42,351 nucleotides of DNA from Escherichia phage vB_EcoM-ep3, in sequence record NC_025430.1, one strand, 5' to 3'. Numbering within the stretch: the stretch's first letter is position 1; each line of letters starts with the position of its first letter. A program made the position numbers and the translations under genes. The notes under the pieces were generated by a model, which did no database searches, had not been told where the DNA came from, and saw nothing but the letters and a program-made list of their open reading frames with translations. Positions 25,571 to 34,658 of this stretch are shown here, piece after piece.

Positions 25571-26473
25571 ATGGCGGGTGCCTTCACAGTTGTAAACTTA
25601 TCTCAATTACCAGCGCCAAACGTTGTTGTGCCGCTGGACTTTGAAACGATTCTGGCGGCCATGATCGCCGATTTGCAGGATCGTGACCCCACATTCACCG
25701 CATTGGTGGAATCTGACCCCGCTTATAAAATCCTGGAGGTCTGCGCTTACCGGGAGTTACTGCTGCGTCAGCGAGTTAATGAAGCGGCCAAAGCAGTTAT
25801 GCTGGCTTACGCGTCTGGTGCAGATCTTGACCAGTTAGGCGCGAACGTTGGTGTTAAGCGCCAGGTGATTACGCCTGCTGATGACACAACTGTGCCGCCA
25901 ACACCTGCAGAAATGGAATCAGATGAAGATTTCCGCGCGCGTATTCAGTTGTCACCGGAAGGCTACACAACAGCGGGTTCAGAAGGCAGTTATGTGTTCC
26001 ACGGATTGGGTGCTGACGCTGACGTGAAAGACATCCAGGCCATAAGCCCGGAGCCAGGAAAAGTCACCGTTTACGTGCTGTCACGCACCGGCGACGGCAC
26101 CGCACCTGCTGAAACCATTACTGCGGTTGCCAACACCCTAAACGGCGAAACCATCAGGCCAATGACCGATGAAGTCACAGTGCTGTCAGCAAACATCGTG
26201 AGTTACACCATTAATGCTGAACTAACGCTGTTCCCTGGCCCTGACTCCACTGTGGTTCTCCAGTCTGCCATTGATGCCGTAACAGCGTTTGCAGAATCTC
26301 AGCGCCGCATTGGCTATGATGTCACGCTGTCTGGTCTGTATCACGCATTGCATCAGCCTGGCGTGCAGAACGTCAACCTGACCAGCCCAACAGCATCACT
26401 GGTGCTTGGCGATGGTCAGGCCAGCTATTGCACAGCAATCAATGTAACCGTGGCGGGTGATACTGATGTCTGA
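25571..26473 (+). CDS. baseplate assembly protein J (P2 gpJ-like)
   Basis: 300 aa; position after W and before I; baseplate-J-like composition. Confidence 0.85.
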   Translation: MAGAFTVVNLSQLPAPNVVVPLDFETILAAMIADLQDRDPTFTALVESDPAYKILEVCAYRELLLRQRVNEAAKAVMLAYASGADLDQLGANVGVKRQVITPADDTTVPPTPAEMESDEDFRARIQLSPEGYTTAGSEGSYVFHGLGADADVKDIQAISPEPGKVTVYVLSRTGDGTAPAETITAVANTLNGETIRPMTDEVTVLSANIVSYTINAELTLFPGPDSTVVLQSAIDAVTAFAESQRRIGYDVTLSGLYHALHQPGVQNVNLTSPTASLVLGDGQASYCTAINVTVAGDTDV

Positions 26474-27059
26474 CTTATTGCCATATAATTCAACAGAACA
26501 GGAACGCGCACTGGCTGAAACAATAGCCAGGATTAGTGACGTTCCGGTTGTCGTGCGTGAAGTCTGGAACCCTGACACATGCCCATCAAGCGTTCTGCCC
26601 TGGCTGGCTTGGGCGTTCAGCGTTGACGATTGGGATACTACCTGGTCAGACGAGCAGAAACGCAAGGTAATTAAAGAGTCGGTTTATTCGCAGCGCATAA
26701 AAGGCACTATCGGGGCTGTTACGCGTCAGCTTGTTGCTTTGGGCTACCAGATTCAGATCCTTGAGTGGTTTAAACAAAGCCCGATTGGCCAGCCGTACAC
26801 ATTTGATGTTTACATTACTGCTAATCAATATCCGTTAACTCAAGAAGATTTTAAAAAAATACTACAAGTGATTGACACTAACAAAAACCTGCGTTCGCAC
26901 CTGGATGAAACGCAGTTGATTGTTAAGTCAGAAAGTAAAACGACTGCTGCCATTGTCTGTGGCACAGGAAATGAAATTAGTCTGACGAACTACACCAGAT
27001 TTGTTGGTGCTTTGAATGACTATGTTATGGTGCAACCAAATATATCTATAGGTGCTTAA
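26466..27059 (+). CDS. tail protein I (P2 gpI-like)
   Basis: Trimmed to ATG 26466 (MSDLLPYN); VREVWNPDTCPSSVLPWLAWAFSVDDWD nearly matches the P2 gpI motif as I recall it. Confidence 0.88.
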   Translation: MSDLLPYNSTEQERALAETIARISDVPVVVREVWNPDTCPSSVLPWLAWAFSVDDWDTTWSDEQKRKVIKESVYSQRIKGTIGAVTRQLVALGYQIQILEWFKQSPIGQPYTFDVYITANQYPLTQEDFKKILQVIDTNKNLRSHLDETQLIVKSESKTTAAIVCGTGNEISLTNYTRFVGALNDYVMVQPNISIGA

Positions 27060-29303
27060 GTGGAACTGAAAACATACTTCGCCCAAGACAGAAACGGAAA
27101 CCTTATTCCATCTGCTACAGTGTCAATTTTTTTGTCTGGCACATCAACCTTAGCCACAGGATTAAAGACCGTTAGCGGCGCTAATCTTACCAATCCTTTC
27201 ACCGCAGGTTCTGACGGTAAAATACAGTTTTACGCTCCAGACGGAATTTATGACATGCAGGTATCACTAGGCAGCGTTGACGGAGTTAAAGTTACGTTTC
27301 AATGTATCGATGTTCAACAGCAACTTAGCGAAGCAAGCAGCGCCGCAGATCGCGCAGAGGCTGCGGCTGAATCCATAGAATCGCAGTCCGCTAACATCGA
27401 ATCAAACAGCCGTGAACAATGGCGCAGATCGCTGGCAGATGCAGGAATAACGCTTGTTAACGGTAGCTTTGAGGCGGGGGCGACAGTCAGTAACGCTTCT
27501 GAAGCTGTCTGGCATATTGCTGGTGGTCAGTGCTACACCTGGGGCGGAGTGATGCCGAAAGTAGTAACAGAAGGTTCAACACCTTCCGAAACAGGTGGCG
27601 TTTCCCCTGGAGCCTGGACTAGCGTTGGTAATAAATCCTTTAGCCAAATCCTGGCATCAAACAAGGGAATGAATCTAATCGGTGACGTTGATTCTGTAGC
27701 TCAGTTAGCATCTGTTTCTGGCGCATCTGTTGGCGATAAGATACTTGTCAGATCATACATCGCCGGTTCTAATAAAGGTGGTGGCACATTTGTTGCAGTT
27801 GAAAACACTGAAACGCCTGATGGCGTGGTAGTATTTGACGGCGTAGGTGTTAAATGGCGGAGACTTTTCTTTGCTGGTGAGGTAAATGTATTTGACGCCG
27901 GATATACGGGAAGCGGCGACATTGCTGTTTACATCAATAAAGTGAATTCCGCAGGATACGATTGTTTTATTCCATGTTCCGGTGCGTTTTCTTCCGCAAT
28001 AGAAATTGATTTCAGCAAAGGAAGTGTAAGAGGCGCAAACAAATGCACACTTACAGAAATTGAAGGAATTCCAGGTGATTATGCGTTGAAGCTTTTCAAC
28101 TCAAACACCGATTATGCTGACCGAGATTCAATTAACGCAAACGCCATATTGGATGGGGTCGCATTTCAGTTTTCTGGAACAAAAAAAATTGCGCTTGGCG
28201 GAGCGGGAACGGGTGAACTATCTGAATTGCGGATAAGTAACTTTGGTTTCATATCTTCTGCTGGATTAGAGTTTCTTGACAACTCTTACCGGATTATTTT
28301 CGATAAAGGCGCTATTTCACGCAGCTTTAATGACACACTCATATTTAATTCACCTGCGAACTCAGGAGAAGTGATTAACTTCAATCATTGCTGGATGGTA
28401 GACAATGGCGGGCCATTAAAATTCAAAAATGGGCAGTTTATATTTAATGGTTGCTCAATGCCTGCCGGGAAGAAGGCAGGATATTTTGACCCAAACATAA
28501 TATTGGAGGACAACGCAACAGTTGTTTACGCAAATGGCAACATTGAATTTCAACCAGGTCAAAGTTTTGTTGCATTTGTGGTTGGCGGCAGTTCCAGATT
28601 GAGTATTAAAGATTCAACGCTGCTAACTCCATCTGGATATTCAGCTATACCAATCGTTGCAAATGATGATGCGGTCGTCTCGCTAACAAACTGTTCGCTT
28701 CCTCTATATGAGCAAACAGAGATTGCCGCTGGTGCTGCTGCGCGTCAAATTATTGGTGGGAACAGTAAGAAAGTAATGTCTTATGGTTGTTATCCCAGGG
28801 CTGGTTTTATAACAGCAAATTGGGATAAAGGTAACATTGTTAGTGCTTACATAAACTCATTGTCGAATGGCAGTGGACAATTTTTAAACTATTCAAACTG
28901 GAGTTTAATGCAAACCGGAAGCGGTGTTGTTACGGCAGGTACTGATACTGACGTACCAAATACAATCATGTTTTCAAGATCGCTATACGTAACTGTCCCT
29001 TCCGTTGGTGCGACAGCAGATTTCTACCAAGACTGCCTTGACTGTTCACCTGGCCGCTATTTTCAACTTGGGTTTTGGGCAAAGAACGCTGTGACATCAC
29101 TGGCATCAATTGAATTCTTTGATAAAGAGGGCAACAGCGTTCAAGGGAAAATACCTTTTAATATACCTTCTGTGAATGCTTGGGGATTCTATGCGCTCGT
29201 AGACATTGTTCCGCCTGGTGCAAGTAAAGCAAGGGTTAACTTTGCAGTTTCTGGTGAAGTAGGTACACTGCATATTCATAACGCTATTTATGGCTTGATT
29301 TAA
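27060..29303 (+). CDS. tailspike-like receptor-binding protein (possible depolymerase)
   Basis: 747 aa; GTG start; markedly AT-rich; Gly/Ser/Asn/Thr-rich repetitive composition suggestive of beta-helix tailspikes; inserted between gpI and the gpH-like fibre. Confidence 0.6.
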   Translation: MELKTYFAQDRNGNLIPSATVSIFLSGTSTLATGLKTVSGANLTNPFTAGSDGKIQFYAPDGIYDMQVSLGSVDGVKVTFQCIDVQQQLSEASSAADRAEAAAESIESQSANIESNSREQWRRSLADAGITLVNGSFEAGATVSNASEAVWHIAGGQCYTWGGVMPKVVTEGSTPSETGGVSPGAWTSVGNKSFSQILASNKGMNLIGDVDSVAQLASVSGASVGDKILVRSYIAGSNKGGGTFVAVENTETPDGVVVFDGVGVKWRRLFFAGEVNVFDAGYTGSGDIAVYINKVNSAGYDCFIPCSGAFSSAIEIDFSKGSVRGANKCTLTEIEGIPGDYALKLFNSNTDYADRDSINANAILDGVAFQFSGTKKIALGGAGTGELSELRISNFGFISSAGLEFLDNSYRIIFDKGAISRSFNDTLIFNSPANSGEVINFNHCWMVDNGGPLKFKNGQFIFNGCSMPAGKKAGYFDPNIILEDNATVVYANGNIEFQPGQSFVAFVVGGSSRLSIKDSTLLTPSGYSAIPIVANDDAVVSLTNCSLPLYEQTEIAAGAAARQIIGGNSKKVMSYGCYPRAGFITANWDKGNIVSAYINSLSNGSGQFLNYSNWSLMQTGSGVVTAGTDTDVPNTIMFSRSLYVTVPSVGATADFYQDCLDCSPGRYFQLGFWAKNAVTSLASIEFFDKEGNSVQGKIPFNIPSVNAWGFYALVDIVPPGASKARVNFAVSGEVGTLHIHNAIYGLI

Positions 29304-29310
29304 CAAACAA

Positions 29311-29326
29311 CCCCACTTCGGTGGGG
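29311..29326 (+). terminator. weak terminator-like hairpin
   Basis: CCCCAC-TTCG-GTGGGG, 8 nt after the tailspike stop; followed by AT-rich sequence rather than a clean T-run. Confidence 0.35.
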
Positions 29327-29356
29327 TAGCAAATTTTAAAATTGAGGCCAAACACA

Positions 29357-30694
29357 ATGCCATTTCTTACAATTCATACTAACTATGGTCTGCAAAAGCT
29401 TGCGCAGGCTGAATCAACAGGAACGCAAATCCGGTTGACGCATATGGCAGTTGGCGACGGCAACGGAAATGCTGCGCCGCCTAATCCAAATCAGACGCAG
29501 TTGGTGCGTGAACGTTTCCGCGCAACCATCAACCGCGTTTATCAGGATGCAAATAACCCGCTGCGCTTCACTGCTGAATTGGTTATCCCGGCCAGCGTTG
29601 GTGGTTTTACTATGCGTGAGGTTGGTGTTTTTGACGCTGATGGTTCTCTGTTTGCTGTTGGCGATCTTCCATCTACTTACAAGCCGGTTGATACAGAAGG
29701 TGCCTACTCTGACACGGTTGTGCGGCTTGACTTCATGGTAAGCAACGCCAGCACTATCACCCTACAAGTTGACCCAAATGTTGTGGTTGTCACACAGCAG
29801 TGGATTTCTAACAACGTGACAGCAGGAACCATCATCCCTGGTGGCACAACCGGGCAGGTTCTTGCAAAGCAGTCAAACGCTGACGGTGACGTCCATTGGG
29901 TTGACCCTACACAAGCAAACGTTGTGGTTGATACCATCACCGAAAAACAAACATTGGCAGCCAACCAGACTGTAGTGATGCTGACAACAACCATAACACG
30001 CGGACTGGCGGTGTATATCGAAGGCATCAGGCTGCCGCAAGGTTCTGGTGTTGATGAGTGGCAGCCTGATGCAACTGACTCGTCGAAATTTACACTTGGG
30101 AAGCCTTACCCAGATGGGTCGATTTTGCAGGCTGTGAACAATGAACCAGCAGGAAGCGCACCTGCTCCACTGGAAAGAAGTAAAAACCTTTCAGATGTTG
30201 CAAGTAAATCCGAGTCACGGAGCAACCTTGAAGTTTACAGCAAAACGGAAACTGACCAAAAGATGCCGACAGGTGGAATTGTTTATTTTCCACGCTCTAC
30301 GGCACCGACAGGATGGTTGAAAGCCAATGGGGCTGCGATCAGTAGAACGGCTTATGCAAATCTTTTTTCTGTAATAGGAACAATGTTTGGCAATGGTGAC
30401 GGTGTTAACACGTTCAATTTGCCAGATCTGCGCGGAGAATTCATCAGAGGATATGATGACGGTAGAGGTGTAGACGCTTCACGGTCACTAGGTAGCTATC
30501 AGGCCGATGAAATAAAAACCCACTATCACAGATTGGGGAGTGAATTTGTAGCAAACGGAGCCGAAAACCTTATTGCTGACGCCTGGGACCAGGGCACTAG
30601 CGGCAATTATCCAGAAGGAATTGGCACTGGATACACAGGCGGTACAGAAACCAGACCGCGAAACATCGCTCTACTGGCGTGCATCAAATTTTGA
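29357..30694 (+). CDS. tail fibre protein (P2 gpH-like N-terminus, tail-collar C-terminal domain)
   Basis: Trimmed to ATG 29357 (MPFLTIHTNYG); N-terminus HMAVGDGNGN...AELVIPASVGGFTMREVGVFD follows the P2 H N-terminal domain; C-terminus carries the tail-collar motif NTFNLPDLRGEFIRG. Confidence 0.85.
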   Translation: MPFLTIHTNYGLQKLAQAESTGTQIRLTHMAVGDGNGNAAPPNPNQTQLVRERFRATINRVYQDANNPLRFTAELVIPASVGGFTMREVGVFDADGSLFAVGDLPSTYKPVDTEGAYSDTVVRLDFMVSNASTITLQVDPNVVVVTQQWISNNVTAGTIIPGGTTGQVLAKQSNADGDVHWVDPTQANVVVDTITEKQTLAANQTVVMLTTTITRGLAVYIEGIRLPQGSGVDEWQPDATDSSKFTLGKPYPDGSILQAVNNEPAGSAPAPLERSKNLSDVASKSESRSNLEVYSKTETDQKMPTGGIVYFPRSTAPTGWLKANGAAISRTAYANLFSVIGTMFGNGDGVNTFNLPDLRGEFIRGYDDGRGVDASRSLGSYQADEIKTHYHRLGSEFVANGAENLIADAWDQGTSGNYPEGIGTGYTGGTETRPRNIALLACIKF

Positions 30695-30702
30695 GGCGAA
30701 TC

Positions 30703-31008
30703 ATGAAGACAAAACCCGTTTATCAATATGACGTCGCTGGCCTTTTTGTTGGCCAGACAGATGCTGATGAATCACCTCTTGAACCTGGTGTTTTTCTAAT
30801 TCCTGCACGCTGCGTAGAGGTGGCACCCCCTGAATTTTCAGGTGACCAATGGCCACGCTGGAACGGCGCAAAGTGGGAACTGATTAGCGTATCGCCAGCT
30901 AACGATAACCAACCGGCAAGCCCGGTTGATAAACTGCGAGAATTCCTGAACGCAAACCCTGACGTGGCCGCGCTGATTGGCGCAACGAATGAGGCAACCA
31001 ATGTATGA
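30703..31008 (+). CDS. putative tail fibre assembly chaperone
   Basis: 101 aa; GAGG RBS; VEVAPPEFSGDQWPRWNGAKWEL resembles the N-terminal domain pattern of Tfa-type chaperones; directly follows the fibre gene. Confidence 0.5.
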   Translation: MKTKPVYQYDVAGLFVGQTDADESPLEPGVFLIPARCVEVAPPEFSGDQWPRWNGAKWELISVSPANDNQPASPVDKLREFLNANPDVAALIGATNEATNV

Positions 31009-31367
31009 GCGAAGTCTTAAGGGGCATCACTAACAAAAACCTTGCAGCGCAAGGATACCAGGAATTACCTGGCGGCATGATTATTCAGTGGGGTAGTTTC
31101 ACCAGCACCGTTACATCTGGTGCAGGCACAACCGATACACGTATGTACCAGGGCACGCAGAGTGTCACGTTTCCAAAACCGTTCCCTACGGCTGTGGTAA
31201 GCATTCAGGCTACGCCAAGAGACAACGAAAACATTATTCTTGAATATGCCAATATCAGTGGTCGGACGCTAACCACATTTTCAAGCATTCTTGGCGGCGT
31301 CCAGAACGAAGGAACGGTGCCAGGAACCACAACACTAACCGTTGACTGGTTCGCTATCGGTTATTGA
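31005..31367 (+). CDS. hypothetical tail-fibre-associated protein
   Basis: 120 aa; ATGA coupling; Thr/Gly-rich; followed by a strong terminator. Confidence 0.45.
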   Translation: MSEVLRGITNKNLAAQGYQELPGGMIIQWGSFTSTVTSGAGTTDTRMYQGTQSVTFPKPFPTAVVSIQATPRDNENIILEYANISGRTLTTFSSILGGVQNEGTVPGTTTLTVDWFAIGY

Positions 31368-31379
31368 TTTGTCGCCTTT

Positions 31380-31401
31380 GCCCGCTTCGGCGGGCTTTTT
31401 T
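31380..31401 (+). terminator. intrinsic terminator
   Basis: GCCCGC-TTCG-GCGGGC hairpin followed by TTTTTT. Confidence 0.8.
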
Positions 31402-31404
31402 ACG

Positions 31405-31421
31405 GACAAACCCCAAGAAGA
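31405..31421 (+). repeat. 17-bp motif GACAAACCCCAAGAAGA, copy 4
   Basis: Exact copy 4 nt after the terminator T-run, intergenic; 89 bp upstream of the tail sheath start; followed by inverted repeat ACTGTG..CACAGT (31456-31469). Confidence 0.9.
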
Positions 31422-31493
31422 AGCCACGCACGGTTCCTGCGACCATCACACTGCGAATTTTCACTGTGTGCACAGTTAATAGGAAACCGAATA

Positions 31494-32921
31494 ATGGCAG
31501 GTACTGATTTTTTACATGGCGTGGAGGTGCTGGAAATTGATTCCGGTTCACGCGTCATTCAAACCGTTAAATCAAGCGTCATCGGTATTGTTGGCACCGC
31601 GCCAAATGCTGACCCTGACGCATTCCCGCTAAACACCCCAACCCTGATTGCAGGCAGCCAGCGCGAAGCGGCCAAACTGGACATGCTTGGCACCGGTGAA
31701 GGCACCCTTCCCAAAGCACTGGATGCCATCCTGGACCAGATCGGCGCTGTGGTCATCGTTGTGCGTGTTGAAGAAGGCGAAAACGAAGCCGCAACGCTGG
31801 CCAACATCATGGGTGGAGTTAACGCATCAACCGGCAAATATGAAGGCGTTCACGCACTGCTTGGCGCTGAATCCGTTGTGGGCTACTCGCCGCGCATTCT
31901 GTGCGTTCCCGGCTTCACGCATACCCGCGTTCAGGATGGCGTCACCGCTATCACCATCGGCAACGGCGGCAGCGGTTACACCGAAGCGCCTACGGTCACC
32001 CTGGCTGGTGGCGGCGGTGGTTCTGGCGCAACTGCGCAAGCAACCGTGGTTGGTGGCGTCATCACCAAAATCATCGTCACCAACGCTGGCATGGGTTACA
32101 CCAAAGCGCCAACCGTCACCATCACTGGCGGCAACGGCACCGGCGCAACTGCAACCGCATCCGTTGGTATCGCAGCCAATGCCGTGGTTTCTGAACTGCT
32201 TGGCATCGCCAACCGCCTGCGTGCTGTCATCATCGCTGACGGTCCAAACACCAACGACGCTGACGCCATCGCCTACCGCAAAGACTTTGGCAGCAAGCGC
32301 GTTTATGTGGTTGACCCAAAAGTGCTGGTGCTTGACGAGGATGGCACCACGATTACTGACTGGGCATCGCCGCGCGTGGCTGGACTGATTGCCCGCATCG
32401 ACAACGAGCGCGGTTTCTGGTGGTCACCATCAAACCAGGAAATCTATGGCATCCAGGGCACGGCCAGAACCATTGATTTCACCCTGGGTGACACGTCCAG
32501 CCGTGCAAACCTGCTGAACGAAAACGAAGTCACCACCATCATTCGCCAGGACGGTTTCCGCCTGTGGGGCAACCGCACCACTTCCAGCGATCCGAAATGG
32601 GCGTTTCTGTGCGTTGTTCGCACGGCTGACATCATCAATGACAGCCTGTTGCGTGCACACCTGTGGGCCGTAGACCGTGGCATCACCAAACAATACGTCA
32701 ATGACGTGATTGAAGGCGTGAACGCGTACCTGCGCAACCTGGTGAGCCTGGGCGCAATTCTTGGCGGCACGTGTTGGGCTGACCCTGACTTAAATACTGC
32801 TGACCAAATCGCTGACGGTAAGGTATACTTTGATTTTGATTTCACGCCTGTTTATCCGGCTGAACACATTATCTTCCGCAGCCAATTGACCAACGATTAT
32901 ATTAGTGAGGTATTCGAATAA
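31494..32921 (+). CDS. tail sheath protein (P2 FI-like)
   Basis: 475 aa; N-terminus [20 protein letters not shown] and C-terminal [14 protein letters not shown]...CWADPD follow the P2 FI pattern; carries an internal Gly-rich tandem-repeat insertion. Confidence 0.9.
   Translation: MAGTDFLHGVEVLEIDSGSRVIQTVKSSVIGIVGTAPNADPDAFPLNTPTLIAGSQREAAKLDMLGTGEGTLPKALDAILDQIGAVVIVVRVEEGENEAATLANIMGGVNASTGKYEGVHALLGAESVVGYSPRILCVPGFTHTRVQDGVTAITIGNGGSGYTEAPTVTLAGGGGGSGATAQATVVGGVITKIIVTNAGMGYTKAPTVTITGGNGTGATATASVGIAANAVVSELLGIANRLRAVIIADGPNTNDADAIAYRKDFGSKRVYVVDPKVLVLDEDGTTITDWASPRVAGLIARIDNERGFWWSPSNQEIYGIQGTARTIDFTLGDTSSRANLLNENEVTTIIRQDGFRLWGNRTTSSDPKWAFLCVVRTADIINDSLLRAHLWAVDRGITKQYVNDVIEGVNAYLRNLVSLGAILGGTCWADPDLNTADQIADGKVYFDFDFTPVYPAEHIIFRSQLTNDYISEVFE
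31941..32170 (+). repeat. internal tandem repeat within the sheath gene
   Basis: Two about 105-bp units encoding [25 protein letters not shown] and [24 protein letters not shown]; similarity visible at the nucleotide level. Confidence 0.6.
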
Positions 32922-33427
32922 TGGCCGCACGTGACGTTTTGAAAAACATCAACTTATTTGTTGATGGCCGTGGTTACGCGGGCCAGGTGGAGAGCGTCAC
33001 GCCGCCCACCTTAACCCTGCAAACCGAAGAATTCCGCGCAGGCGGCATGGATGCGCCCATTGATGTGACGTTGGGCATGGAAAAGCTGGAAGCCAGCTTT
33101 GCGCTGCGTGCTTATGATTCTGACGTGCTGGCGCTGTTTGGCCTGTCAGAAGGTGCAAGCGTTCCGCTGACGTTTCGCGGTGCGCTAGAATCCTATGACG
33201 GCAGCGTGAAAGCCGTTGTCATGAACATGCGCGGCAAAATCACCAGCATGGAGCCAGGCACCTGGACGCCTGGGGAACTGAGTTCCCTTAACGTCACTGT
33301 CAGCCTGAACTATTTCAAGCAGCAGCATAACGGAAAGACCATCCACGAAATCGACGTGGAAAACATGGTGCGCATCATCAACGGTGTAGACACCCTGGCA
33401 GCCATCCGTTCTGCGCTGGCGCTGTAA
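32921..33427 (+). CDS. tail tube protein (P2 FII-like)
   Basis: 168 aa; directly follows the sheath with stop/start overlap; size and position match FII. Confidence 0.88.
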   Translation: MAARDVLKNINLFVDGRGYAGQVESVTPPTLTLQTEEFRAGGMDAPIDVTLGMEKLEASFALRAYDSDVLALFGLSEGASVPLTFRGALESYDGSVKAVVMNMRGKITSMEPGTWTPGELSSLNVTVSLNYFKQQHNGKTIHEIDVENMVRIINGVDTLAAIRSALAL

Positions 33428-33434
33428 TTTTTAC

Positions 33435-33459
33435 GGCCAGTCATTTGGCTGGCCATTTT
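33435..33459 (+). terminator. weak terminator/attenuator after the tube gene
   Basis: GGCCAG-N8-CTGGCC hairpin followed by ATTTTC. Confidence 0.35.
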
Positions 33460-33487
33460 CAACAATCATTGTTTGAGGCGATAAGAA

Positions 33488-33772
33488 ATGGCTAAATTAC
33501 CTGATTATCTGAAATTCAACCACGAAACCGGCCACTGTGACATCACCCTGTCACGACCGCTGAAAATCGCAGGCGTTGACGTTTCCGTGCTGCGTATGCG
33601 CGAACCAACCGTGGCTGACCAGGAAATTGCAAGCGACATGGGCGGCAGCGATGCTGCGCGCGAAATACAGACGTTTGCCAACCTGTGTGAACAGGCACCT
33701 GATGACATCCGCCGCCTGCCGCTGAAAGATTACAAGCGTTTGCAATCCGCTTACATCAGTTTTTTAGATTAA
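33488..33772 (+). CDS. tail assembly chaperone (P2 gpE-like), zero-frame product
   Basis: 94 aa; sits between tube and tape-measure as in P2 E; ends just after a TTTTTTA slippery heptamer. Confidence 0.75.
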   Translation: MAKLPDYLKFNHETGHCDITLSRPLKIAGVDVSVLRMREPTVADQEIASDMGGSDAAREIQTFANLCEQAPDDIRRLPLKDYKRLQSAYISFLD

Positions 33773-33903
33773 GCCCGGAATACATACGTGCGGGCGCTTT
33801 GGCGCTCGCAAGTCATACGGGCTGGCAGTTATCGGAAATTCAAAGGTTGCGGGTTTCCCGTTTTGTGTGGTGGTTGGAAGGATTGCCGAAGGCTAACAGC
33901 TAA
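33488..33903 (+). CDS. tail assembly chaperone frameshift-extended product (E+E'-like)
   Basis: After a -1 slip the reading frame stays open for 45 more codons (RLSPEYIRAGALALASHTGWQLSEIQRLRVSRFVWWLEGLPKANS) to TAA at 33901-33903. Confidence 0.5.
33760..33795 (+). other. programmed -1 frameshift site: slippery heptamer plus downstream stem-loop
   Basis: T_TTT_TTA at 33760-33766 in the chaperone zero frame, 6-nt spacer, then stem-loop GCCCG-N13-CGGGC (33773-33795). Confidence 0.55.
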
Positions 33904-33974
33904 AACAATTGAAGGTAAAGTAAATATGCGTGTATCATTATAAATAACTTTAAGTAATTTAGTGGTGGTGCACG

Positions 33975-34658
33975 ATGAAGAAAGTAACCAAGAGTGAGGC
34001 GATAGAGCAAGGGCTTAATTATTACTTTACTGGTAAGCCATGTAAGCATGGGCACGTCAGCGAAAGGTATATAAAAGGCGGAGCTTGCGTGGCTTGCCAG
34101 AGAATTAAAAGCAAAGAGTTCAGTAAAAACAATGTTGAATCAGAAAGGATTAGGAAGCATCTAGATTATCTTGCGCACAAGGAAGAAAGGAACGAGAGAA
34201 ATAAATCTTGGCAAAAAAGAAACAGGGCAAAAGTCTCAGAGTATGTTGCAAAATGGAGGAAAAAAAACAGGGAGAAGGTGAACGAAATGGCCGCTGAGTT
34301 AAGGCGCAAAAACCCAGAAAAGCAAAAAGAGGCTGACAGGAGATGGAGAGCAAAAAACAAACACAAGGTGGCCAAGAAAGACGGTCTTAAAAGGGCAGCA
34401 AAACTGGCAAGAATTCCAGTTTGGTTTGGTGAATTTGATGATTTTGTGATTCAGGAAGCGCACACGCTGGCAGCGTTAAGAGGTGATGAAACCGGAATAC
34501 CCTGGCACGTTGACCACATGTTGCCAATGAGGGGGAGAAAAATTTCCGGGTTACACTGCGCGCATAATATCCAGGTGATTCCGGCAGCCATGAATGTGAG
34601 AAAAATCAACAAAATGGTTTTGACCAACCCACTAGAGTGGTTACGCGATGGCGTCTAA
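33975..34658 (+). CDS. HNH endonuclease (free-standing, homing-type)
   Basis: 227 aa; N-terminal Cys/His cluster (CKHGH...CVACQ), C-terminal HNH-like motif WHVDHMLP...LHCAHNIQVIPAAMNVRK; lysine-rich middle; AT-rich; inserted between chaperone and tape-measure. Confidence 0.65.
   Translation: MKKVTKSEAIEQGLNYYFTGKPCKHGHVSERYIKGGACVACQRIKSKEFSKNNVESERIRKHLDYLAHKEERNERNKSWQKRNRAKVSEYVAKWRKKNREKVNEMAAELRRKNPEKQKEADRRWRAKNKHKVAKKDGLKRAAKLARIPVWFGEFDDFVIQEAHTLAALRGDETGIPWHVDHMLPMRGRKISGLHCAHNIQVIPAAMNVRKINKMVLTNPLEWLRDGV

Noticed and set aside
31648-32388. 246-aa alternative-frame ORF within the sheath gene
   Set aside because: Out-of-frame overlap with the strongly supported sheath ORF; Pro/Ala/Ser-rich composition produced by the Gly-rich repeat region.
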